From the human T2T-CHM13v2.0 reference genome, Homo sapiens, in NCBI RefSeq assembly GCF_009914755.1, contig NC_060929.1: DNA of 64,000 bases; one strand, 5' to 3'. Within the stretch, counting starts at the first letter, position 1, and the number at the start of each line of letters is the position of its first letter. Below the pieces are notes generated by a model. The model saw only the letters and a program-made list of their open reading frames with translations, was not told the DNA's origin and ran no database searches. Positions 44,736 through 64,000 of the stretch are shown piece after piece. Position numbers and translations under genes: made by a program.

Positions 44736-46281
44736 TCATTATCAGCATCATGCTTAGCTCAGCATGCCCTCGGCCTGCTTCTGAAGGCCACCATGGGTCA
44801 CAATGCAGCTCAGTCATTGTCTTCTCCAGGGAGGCTTCCTTGATCTTTCCTGCTTCCTAATTTTTAAAGTGATTATAATATTTAACATATTATAAAATGA
44901 TACTTCATATGTATGTATTTTCCCACAAATCTGAGATCCTTAAGAACAAGGAAATTATTTTGTTTGACACATCTTTCTCCCTCTCCAAAGACAATTAATC
45001 ACAAATCATTTTTGACTTTTCTTCCTACATGTGTCTAAAATCCTGCTCTTAGTGTTCCACCTCAACTGAGATGACTATATCTGTTGAATTAAGATAACTG
45101 AAGGTTATACAAGGTCTCTCAAATTGGTGATCATACCTGTTTACATGAAAGAAATTAAACTGAAAGAAGTGGCCTGCCCTGAATCACCCAGATGTCAGCT
45201 TAGGACAGAGGGATCCTCACTCAAGAAGACTCACATAAAGGGGAGTGTGTACTGTTCTGACATCACCATTTTCTGGATGGATAACTCTATTTAACATATA
45301 AGCTTCCACCTTTCATTAAGTTCAAGTCCTTCTTTTCAACAACTTCTTCAGTTGCTAGTGCAAATTTTTAAACTCCTCAGGATAAGTCTCATCCTTCATC
45401 CCCCAACAGCCCTCTAGACACTTGAAGTCAATGATCTTGTCTCCATTTATTCTTCCTTTGAATCTCAGCAATGCCATCAGGTTTATCAGATTGCAGCAGA
45501 AATAATTAGAATGGCTGAGGAAGTATAACAAGGAGGATTCCAGGCAAGGACAAAGAGTCAGTTTCTTTAGTAAGGGAAAGTGGAGGAGTGCTATATGTTA
45601 TGTGATATGACAGAGACATCTAAATGAAATGCCACAGGACATCTAATTAGGCGTTCCTTGCCACCTGGTCCCATTGCCTAGCCAGAAGGGGACAGTTAAT
45701 GAAATTAGCAGTCTAAATTTAGAGAAGATCAAAGAAAATCCTTCTCTACACAAAGTGCAATTATCCCCTACTGCAGGATATTATTGAGGTAAATTGAAGC
45801 AAGAAGAATTTGGAAAAAGATTAGGTGCTTATATGAATAAGAACAGCTTGTGCAGTTACTAGCAAGGATAACAATTAACAATTACATGGCCGATTAGTCC
45901 CCTGGTGTTAGGGTATGCACTGAGCTCAAACTGAGGTCAGAGAATGAGCTGCCTATAGAATAATACAGTAACATCACATTTTCTAGGTGCATTATGACAT
46001 TTTTCTTTGACTAATTCTTCTGCAGAATCTAAGAAGAAAACAATTCAGTTGGCATAGTGTGAATTGTTTCAGGTTTGGCTTTTGGATCTAGATCAGAAAT
46101 AGAAATGGCCTGTGAGAAACCTTCACACGAGATCCGATTCCAAAATTTTGAAATAACTTTTTGAAAACAGTAGAATGGGAAATATAGTATACTAGCAGTT
46201 TAAAGACCTGGATTTAAGGGACTATTTTATATTGGCTAGATGACTTAGAGGAGATCATCTACTTTTGTAAGCTTCAGTTAC

Positions 46282-46467
46282 TGTATTAATCTGTTCTTGT
46301 GCTGCTATAAAGAAATACCTGAGGGCTGGGTAATTTATAAAGAAAAGTGGTTTAATTGGTTCATTGTTCTGCAAGCTGTATAGGAAGCATAATGGCTTCT
46401 GCTTCTGCGGAGGCCTCAGGAAGTTTCCAATCATAGCAGAAGGCAAAGAGAGAGCATGAATTTCACA
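46282..46467 (-). mobile_element. MaLR LTR fragment (MSTA-like)
   Basis: tgtattaatctgttcttgtgctgctataaagaaatacctgag...ggaggcctcaggaag. Confidence 0.8.
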
Positions 46468-46598
46468 TTAAGAATATGAAAGGCCCTTGAATAACACCAA
46501 CTAAAGTCACCCGAGAGCAGAAATTACATCTTAATTCATCTGGTTTCATCTTGTGCTTAGCACAGTACCTGACACTTATTATAATCAAGAGATGATGA

Positions 46599-46978
<380 letters not shown>

Positions 46979-47479
46979 ATTTATATCTTCTAACCACACA
47001 ATATGAGCACAAAAGTAGCAACCTCCCCAGAAAGACCCCTCATCTGTTAGAGGCACACGGTCCCAGTTAATTCTGGGCTATCACAACAAATACAAAGAAG
47101 GAAATCTGACCCTGTTACTCCCCTCTTCACCAACACATTCCCTGCATTGGCCTATGGGTCTCTAAACTGCCAAAGTAAAACTAAAGTTAAATATTTGTTG
47201 ATTGGTTATTTTTTAATCTGAATTTAGAAGATTTAAATATGTAACCACAAAGTCCCTAAGGGACCTAATTTCAAGTCGTTAAGCATAAGACTGACTTTGG
47301 AAGGATGAGAAAAGAGAAAAATTTCTGAACATCCAGAAAGCTACCATGATTCAAATGAAAATAACAAAAATTAGACAGTGGAATTGTCCCCTCCATTTCA
47401 TGAGTGTTATTACAAAGGTACACTCTCAAAGTAGATGGCTTTAAGAAGAAGGAAGACAGGAGTTAATAACATATGAAAA

Positions 47480-49900
<2,421 letters not shown>

Positions 49901-50814
49901 ATTTTAAGGTCACAGTTTATAGGTTAAAACATTGTAGGTCAAACTGGTAAAATTCAATTCTTTCAACCTACAAAAATTGTGATTTTATATGCCTCAGCCT
50001 ACTAATAAGTTATTTTTGTTTCTTTACCACACATACACAAAAAATAAAATTCTGGAAAAAAATAAAATATCTAACAATTCATGTCTCCAACTGGGTGGCA
50101 TGTAGAAATTTTCCCCTTATGTGCTTTTCTGTAGTTTATACATTTTTTCATGTATTTTAGTCTGGTTAAAATATATTTCTAAAATATAAGGAAAGTAAGG
50201 TGACATAAAGGACATACTCCCAGATCATCCTTCCTTAACCATGTCTCTGGAATAAAATGAGGCTCCCACACACTGTCCTTTTTCTAGAGTGACACCTAGC
50301 TCAAATACTGTACACCCTAGGAAGTTGAAGGGGTGTTGTTTTTTCCATCTCTGACACCAGGGTCAATTTTTTTAGCTTGTCTGTTCACAGAAATGGAACA
50401 CAAATGGACAAGGAGACAGCAAATCATGAAGAAAAAATTAGCTCCCACCCCAATACGTCACCACACACATGAAGGTTGCCACTGTTAATCCTGAGTGACT
50501 GATATATCTAATTGCTAAAGATATTTCAATATAACCTAACACAAAATCTTCCAAGAGAAGCCATTTAACAGAGACAATGCCCTTTGAAAACAGGCTGGCA
50601 TTGTAGATGTTTGGAGGAACCAGCATTGAGGAGCTAACAGGAGGGCAATAATTTTCTGACAGCTAAAGCCAAAGGGAAAACTCATCAAGTTGTTAAACTG
50701 TCATTGTCTGACAGTAGAAATTATATAAATCTATCTGTGTAGACGATTTTATTTTTTGTGGGACTAAAGTAAAGCAAGAATTTACCATATGAATCCAGGT
50801 AAAAAGGACATTAA

Positions 50815-50945
50815 ATCTGCTTATGCCTAGTGTTTCATTATTGGAACACTAAGCATGTGGAAGTTATTTATATCCTATTGCTCAAGGTTACCTCCAAGGT
50901 CTGATTGCAAAAATTCAAAAAATTGCAACCTCTGGCATAAATGGG
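50815..50945 (+). mobile_element. MER85 piggyBac-family MITE
   Basis: ttatgcctagtgtttcattattggaacactaagcatgtgg...ttgcaacctctggcataaatggg, flanked by TTAA at 50811-50814 and 50946-50949. Confidence 0.88.
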
Positions 50946-50954
50946 TTAAGGGAT

Positions 50955-51129
50955 GCAATGTCTCATTCCTCCAACTGTAGACCATAGACCAGCAGCAGTA
51001 TCATCACTTAGGATATGCCTTGCTAGAAATGCAGAATATGGAACCTTATCCCAGACCTCCAGACTCGGAATCTTTATTTAATAAGATCCCTAAGGGATTC
51101 ATATGCACATTCAAGTTTGAGAAGCACTG
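50955..51129 (+). mobile_element. MER5A-like hAT MITE
   Basis: ttgctagaaatgcagaat...cccagacct...tatgcacattcaagtttgagaagcactg. Confidence 0.7.
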
Positions 51130-52950
51130 AAGTGGTGAACATAATATAATACCTTCAGCTGTGGTTTTACAATAGTATGGGAATACTGTTCAACTGTAGG
51201 TCAGAGAGGATTCCCCAGTGGAGGAGAGCACCCACACATCAAAGAGGGATAGCTTTCCATAGTTCTGATACTATGTAACCAAGGCCAGGATCATTTGGGG
51301 CAACTGTTGAAGGTGACAATCTAGAGGAAAAAGAATCAGAAACAATTCTAGAGAAAGAAGAGTTAAATGGGGCCAGAAGAGTCCTTAACAAGTTCTTGTG
51401 TACTCCTTTCTTGGAATTAGAGGCAATAGAAATGACTGGTCATTAAAAAGAGCAAGGCTAATGCTGATTACTCAAAACTGAAGAGAAAACATTTCCTTAA
51501 ATATGAGTAAGAATTTTCCAACAAAACTGGTACAGATGACATGGACCATCAGAGGGCTGATAGTACTTTTACTACCACCTCCACCAGCAAGAACTATTAA
51601 TTCTATTCAAACAGTTATTTTTTGCTTTTCATTCCATTTTGGGTATTTCACCCATATACCACTAATTTTGACAATCTATTATCTACTTATATGAAATTCA
51701 GAGATGATAGGTATTTCCTCACTCTGAGCTTAGTAGGCAACTTGCCTAAGGTGACCCAGTAAGGAAGTGGTAAAATTAGGATTCAAATCAAAGCTACACT
51801 ACTTCCATAATGATGGCTGAAATCAGAGATACTGAAGAGGTTCTGTATGCATCAGATAAATGAGAGACAACTTAACACTTTCCAAATTTTCCTTGTTGAA
51901 TATCAAAGCCATGCAAAGTACATTTGTAAAAGCATGGATTCTAGAGCCTCGTTTATGAGAAGTCTGATGCATTTAGGTCAGGGTGTGAGAGGAGGCTGGA
52001 AAATATGCATATCTGTATTTCAAAAGGTCCCTTGATATTTGATATAGTTTATCGATCATTATAGTACTGTGTTTCCTCTGGTCTAACTTAACACAGGTGT
52101 GGGACATGGAAATGCGATGCCCTGCACAGCTATTAGTTCTTCCCATATTCATCTTCAGTTGTTTCTAACAGGAGAGGGCACATCCAAGGTTGAACTATGA
52201 ATTTCCCACAATTCTAGAATAGAGGCGTGAGCTCAGAAGGGCCCCCAGATTCTAAATTTTCTATGAAATTGACCATCCTACCAAGGCAAGCTAGTCAACA
52301 GCTCTCTGCTTATCAAAATAAAAAAAAGAGAGTAATTGCTTTTCCATAGGGATATTACAGGCACTTTAAAGACATAAAACATGTTTGTCTGCTTGTAGAG
52401 AAGCAGGAAGTATTTTGAATAATGGCAACAAAAAAAAAATAAATGCACAGAGCCAGATCATTTCTCAAAAAAAAAAAAAAAAAAACCAACACATTCTCTA
52501 TGCTTTAGCTGTCCAAAAGAAGACAGAGTTGCTTTCATTTTGCTACTTTTCTTTATTCTCATAAAGCTCATTAGCTGGCAATTATGCAATGATATATGCA
52601 GAAAAATGGCTACAGTATAGTCTTTGAATTGTGACTGCTGAGATGCCTCAGAATATACTAATGAAGAAAAAATGAAAATTCTCATGAATTTGAAAACAGT
52701 CAGCTTGAAGCCTTACTCACACAAATCAATTCAGCATACTATGCTTAAGTACTTTGTGAATGGAAAAAAGGACACGTTAATACCTGATACATTTAAGAAG
52801 TGAACAGTAATCTAATTTCCAAATAATCACCACCTATGGTTAGTTTCATTTTCTTCTCAAAGGAAGATTGTATCGCTCTAGTTAAGTGTTGCCATTTTTG
52901 TCTTACTGGTTCAACAACAACGATATCATCACCCTGAATAACTTCTTATT

Positions 52951-53014
52951 GAAAAATAGGTGTAGTGGAAAAAAAATAGGTATAGTGGAAAGAAAATAGG
53001 TATAGTGGAAAGAA
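52951..53014. repeat. 20-bp tandem repeat x3 (aaaataggtatagtggaaag)
   Basis: Three near-identical adjacent copies. Confidence 0.85.
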
Positions 53015-53513
53015 TTTTAAAAAGAAAGATCTCTTAAATCTCAGTTCTATCACCTGTTACGTATTTGAACTTGGACAAGTTCCCTAATTACTCCGGGAAG
53101 TTAGGATTAATAGTGTTTTCCTGAATAAATGTTTTGAGCTTCATAAATAATTAACACAAAATATTTGGCATTTAGCTCACTAACCATTCAGCAAATAGAG
53201 CTTTCCTAATTCTGCCTTTTCACCTACATTGGTAGTGGAATGGGAGGAAGTCTTTCTTGTATGGGGCCTAGACCCTGCAAATTAGTGCTGCTTGTAAAAA
53301 GGTTTCTTGCATTGGTGTGCCACCTGGCTGCCCCTCTAGTCCTGAAATTATGGGCAAGATGTCACAGTTATTTCTGAGTATGATAGTTTAAATTTAGGTA
53401 CAAATGTTTAAATCTAAGATTGTGCTTGGCTGATAATGCTTGGAGATAATTTCAGGGTATTTGTACACATGTGGTTTAAAGCAACTGGCTTCTCTTGAAA
53501 AGTCATGGATTTA

Positions 53514-53857
<344 letters not shown>

Positions 53858-55199
53858 GAGAGAGAGAGAGAGAGAAAGCTAGTTGGCCCTCTAGCATCCT
53901 GATAGAGTGTGGTGTGTACTTCAGTCTGTGCTATAGCAGCAGATGCAGTTTGTGCACAGAACTGCCATCTTTGCCATTATTAAATGAGGGAGCCCACACC
54001 TCAGTACTCAGTAGACCTGAGTTTTGTAGGATGATATCCACTCCCTCTGTCTCCTGCACTACTGTCCATTCCATTCTGCCTGGAGAGAGAAAATCATAAC
54101 CTCTCTCCTCCCCTGGGCTAGAGGCCTTCCCCCTCCACCCCACCGATCTGGGAATTGGCAGGAAGCATCCTTAAATTAAATTTATAAAATTCTCATCTGG
54201 AGAATCTTGTGAGGATCAAATTCAATTACAGGAAAAGAGTTTATTCTTAGGTTCAAATTTAAAACTACAAAATTTGTTTCTAACCCACACGAAACGTCAC
54301 CAAACCATCTATATGTCCCCTGTGAACAAAAGCATCAAACTATGCCCCCAAAGACGTTTTTGTCCCAAACTCCCTAATCCTGCTCAGCCTTGCACATGTA
54401 GCAATGAACCTGGTTTCCACCAAGCCTTGTGTGCTCTTTTAGGTGGTGAAATGTCACTCCTCCTTCACCTTCCAGGGTGTTACACAGAGGAGGCTGGACC
54501 AGATGTTTCTCGGGACATTTTCAGACCTGTTTATGTGCCAACGATTCCATTTTAGTTTTCCATTTGTCAGAGTTTTTGAAGAACTTGGACAGTCATCTCA
54601 TTTATTACCATCTCTCCACTCTTTTCTTCCACTTAATTCAGCCTTATTAATCGGTGAATCACAAACTTCATCCCCTGTTCTTTTGCCTGATTCCAAGTTG
54701 GCTTAAGCGCTGTCGGGTAAGCAAATTTATGAACAGGGTTGCATAGAAGACACTTCTGAGCGTATAAAGAAAATAAAATAAAAAGCCCATTCCCCAGAAC
54801 GTATGGTGGGAACTAATCCTCTTCTCCCCACCTTCTGGGCATGGATAGTAACCATGTGCACATCTATATGGAGGGGACCTGTCAAAGAGTGGAGAGGCGG
54901 GATGAGCACTCTTATACCACCAGCTTTATTCCCCCCAATCTCCATAAGCCCTGATCCACTAATATCACTTAGGAACTGGTTCTTAAGTATGAAAACTATC
55001 TTATAGAAATGAAAAGAGTGACAGTTTTCAGAGCATTTGATAATCGCAATTGCTTTGTGTACTAACCCTGCATGCATCTCAACTGGCCTCAGAATAAAGG
55101 TAACAGCTAGAACCCATTTTCACTTACTCAGAGAACATAGATTGAATGCACACTAAGATGGACAATGGATAGGAAATTTTGCATACATTCGTCTGTTTA

Positions 55200-55345
55200 A
55201 TATGCTGAGGAACTCTATTTTGTAGGCACTCTTTTTATCTCCTTTTTATAGATGAGGAAACCAGGACACAGAGAGGTTCAGGCTCTTGCTCATGTTTGCA
55301 CAGCTAGCGTGGGTTGCACATCAGAACTTTGAACTCAAAGCCTGA
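55200..55345 (-). mobile_element. MIR fragment
   Basis: ttttatagatgaggaaaccaggacacagagaggtt...cacagctag. Confidence 0.6.
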
Positions 55346-56046
55346 GATTTTTCTAGGATATCAAATTGCCCTGCTGGAAATTTCATTTCCAACCTGTGGG
55401 CAGTACATATAAAAACCTCTTTAAAGCTCCTGAGTCCTTCCTTATATGTGTATCAGATGTGTCGTTTGTTTTGCTTTGTTGGGATGGTGACAGAATTTCT
55501 GAGGGAGCGAAGAACATGCACACGATAAATGCAGGCAATGAGGAAGCATGATCAGGTCACAGTCAGTACAGTACTGCAGATTAGGAGGCAAACGAGGATG
55601 TAGGCAGAGGGCTTTTTCTCTCTGGATGAGAATGTCTATGGTGAGAAGCACTAGGATCAGCAGTGAGTAGGAAAGAGCCTTAAGAATAAACCAACACGTT
55701 TAGAGGCAGGATGGTAGAGGTCAAGTTGTTTGTGTGTGTCCTTTTCAACTTAGCTTCAATTCACTGGTATTCCTGAACCTGTAATTTGATGTTTCTCATG
55801 GCCTACAGAAAAGCTCACTGTGAAAACCATTAGCTTTTCAAATATTGCTCCTGCCCTCTTCTTTCTTCCTCCTCCACACTCTAAGAAAACTGTTGTTAGA
55901 CTTTTCTGTGCATGCTATCTAGCCTTTAACATTCTTCCATATTTTCTTTTTGTCTCTTGATGCATTCTAGATAATTTCTTGTCATTTATTTCTCATTTAT
56001 TCTCTCTTCAGCTGCCTCTAATCTGTTGTCAATCCTATATATTGGG

Positions 56047-56948
56047 TTTTTTAAAAAATTTTTAAGTTCAGGAGTGCGAGTGCAGGTTTGTTACAAAAAA
56101 CTTGTGTCATGGGGTTTTGTTGTACAGATAATCTCATCACCTAGGTATTAAGCCTAGTATCCATTAGGTGTTTTTCCTGATCCTTTCCTTCCTCCCCACC
56201 TCCACCCTTTGATCGACGCCAGCGTGTGTTGTTACCCTCTATGTGTCCATGTGTTCTCATCTTTTAGCTCCCACTTACAAGTGAGAACACGTGGTATTTG
56301 GTTTTCTGTTCCTGTGTTAGTTTTCTAAGGATAATGGCCTCCAGAGCCATCCATGCAAAGGACATGATCTTATTTTTTATGGCTGCATAGTATTCCATGG
56401 TGTTTATGTACCACATTTTATCTGGTCTATCACTGATGAGCATTTGGGTTGATTCCATGTCTTTGCTATTGTGAATAGTGCTGCAATGAACATACATGTG
56501 CATGTGTCTTTATAATAGAACAATTTATATTCCTGTGGGTGTATACCCAGTAATGCAATTGCTAGGTCAAATGCTATTTGTCTTTAGGTCTTTGAGGAAT
56601 CACCACACAGTCTTTCACAATGGCTGAAATAATTTACACCCCCACCAACAGTGTGTAAGTGTTCCTTTTTCTCTACAACCTCACCAGTATCTGTTATTTT
56701 TTGACTTTTTAATAGCAGCCATTCTGAGAAGTGTGAGATGGTATCTCATTGTGGTTTTGATTTGCATTTCTCTAATATCAGTGATGCTGAGCTTTTTTTT
56801 CATATGATTTTTGGCCACATGTATGTCTTCTTTTGAGAAGTGTCTGTTTATGTCCTTTGCACGCTTTTTAATGAGTTTTTTTTTTCTTGTAAATTTGTTT
56901 CAGTTCCTGATAGATGCTGGATATTAGACCTTTGTCAGATGCATAGTT
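56047..56948 (-). mobile_element. 5'-truncated L1PA (L1PA11-13-like) 3' end
   Basis: ORF 56264-56503 resembles the ORF2 C-terminus (MEYYAAIKN...KTKYHVFSL), followed by an L1PA-type 3'UTR. Confidence 0.8.
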
Positions 56949-58874
56949 TAATTTCATGTGTAGTTTCTACTTTTAGCATTTTTTGAATTTTAAAAAGTCT
57001 TTATTGTTACTAGTTATAGTTTCTTCTTCATTTTAGATACTCTCAACCTTGTTAAGGTTTTTTTATCATTAAGATTACTAAGCTTAGTTGTTTTCAAATT
57101 TGTATCTGATAAAATCACTACTTGAAGTCACGGAGACTCAGTCTCTAAGGCTATTGTTTCTGCCAGTTTCTACTCTGTTTTGGGGGGGTTTGGTTACCTA
57201 GAATTATGATCTGATTATTGGCTTTGAAAAATTATTTGCAGGGATTTCCTAGGATCTAGAATAAAGAAACTCCTCTGGAGAGAACATTTATTTCATTTCA
57301 TCTAGCACCTGGAGACTGATAATCCAAAACCATTTTAAACTACATTCAAGAGCTAAGGGTTTTTGAAGTCATATTTGTAATACAAAATTGGACTGAAATT
57401 TGACTAGGGTACCAGCATGTAATGTCCCACCTGCCAGAGGTAAGTTAAATTTGTGCTCACCCCCTCCATGGCCCCAATCTGCTCATACAAGGCAACACTC
57501 AGCCCAGTCTTATGAGGGAAGGTAGAGGTGAATAAATTTCTCAGTTTGTCCTCACCTGCAGGCACATGCAAGTAAAGTCGTGTTTATCAAGCTGCCCTCC
57601 TTAAGGTGGTCTTGAGTTTCCACTTGCTTGTTCCCAGAGGTGTCAAACACAAGCTATTTTCTTCAGCTTTATTTCTTCTGAATGGGCAAATGTTCTCAGT
57701 GTAAAATGAGCTTACAGGGCTTTCTTGCTGTTCCAAGAACTTGCCATCCCCTGGATCTTGGCCTGGTAATTCTTCATTATTTTTTGGCTTTACAATGGTC
57801 TTAAGGAGAATTTTTTCCAATATTTCTAGTTGTCCTCCATGGAAGATGTGGTCTGAAGACTTAACCTGTTATTACTGGAAGCAGGTGATTATTCAGAGCA
57901 TATTTTTCTCCATCTTACCCAAAATGCTCAATATTGGAAACAAAGGCAATAAGAAGAGTGACATCACAAAGCATCTGTGTTAACAGTAGCTTCATTTTAT
58001 GGATGAGACCATTGAAGATACAGAGAAGTTAATTTCCTAAAATCACTCAGCTAGTGAACAAAGCCAGGATGCAAACCCAGGCAGAGAGTCTGCTAACCTG
58101 TTCCTAACCATGACAAAAACCATACTTACTAGTCTCATCCAGGCAGGGATATGAAAACTACTTCATTACACAGAATGTCCCAATATGCCACTCTGTTATC
58201 TGACCGTAATTTATCTTTTTAGTCTTATGTCCTGCATTTACGATATTCTTCCCCAGCACTCCTGCCTGGCAATGCTATGGTTGCCTGAATTAGTGTTATC
58301 CTTAGATCCATCTATTGATACTTATACCTCATGTTTATGGCATATCCAAATTTCCTCATTCTTCAAATACCAATGTAAATGCCACCTCTCTAAGCCTCTT
58401 AGTACATAAAGCACCAGACACTTGGTTTACTCCATCCACGCTGTCAGTATTACTATTCTACAGGGAGGAAATGGAGGTTCTGAGGAGTCAAACAATTTGG
58501 TTGTACTAAAGTTGGTGACTGATCCAGGCAGGATTTGATTCTTTATCTTTTTGCCTCCAAAATTCCTGTTCCTAACCTCCAAAGTTCCTATTCCTAACCA
58601 TTATCTTGTATTTCTCTCCTGTCTTAGAATAAAAATGCATTTGGTGTGAATTTCCTACAGCTCTCTTTACTTTATATTGCAGGACCATTATCACAGGACA
58701 TGTCTTATCTCCCCTACTATGCAATAAATGCTTTGAGATATAAGACTATATTCCATAAAATAAGGCTAGCATGATGCTTAGTCATAGTAAATGCACAATC
58801 TGCTTTCTCGTGGCTAGACAGACTGTTAAATACAAGGAGAATAATTTTTCAGGAACTTAAATTTGGCTTTTGGG

Positions 58875-64000
<5,126 letters not shown>

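Noticed and set aside
52951-53014. CRISPR-like or functional repeat array
   Set aside because: Contiguous 20-bp tandem copies without spacers in human DNA, i.e. a simple minisatellite-type duplication.

Overview
Human genomic DNA (Alu, L1HS/L1PA, MIR, L2, MaLR, MER elements). It is repeat-rich and intergenic or deep-intronic, and I recognise no host protein-coding exon. The dominant feature is a full-length, minus-strand L1HS at 31632-37661. It carries Ta diagnostics with a Ta-0 pattern, and ORF1, ORF2, ORF0 and the YY1 site are all intact. Its 16-bp target-site duplication (CTCTACTGGGCTTCTT, at 31066-31081 and 37662-37677) does not flank the L1's own poly(A). Instead it encloses a further 528 bp of non-L1HS sequence, an AATAAA and a second poly(A). 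The insertion is therefore a full-length L1 carrying a 3' transduction from another locus, and that tag identifies its parent. The copy also has private marks: a ~13-bp 5'UTR deletion, ORF1p Y282F/I294R/A312T and ORF2p G521V/T525A. The rest of the window holds a decayed L1PA15/16-like element, a decayed L1PA4-like element running off the right edge, nine Alus, several solo LTRs, a MER85 MITE and old MIR/L2/L1M fragments. 3' transduction is a known mechanism, so any novelty lies in this locus and its lineage; I found no wholly new system. Subfamily names and consensus comparisons come from recalled consensus sequences, not a database search, and boundaries of old repeats are approximate.
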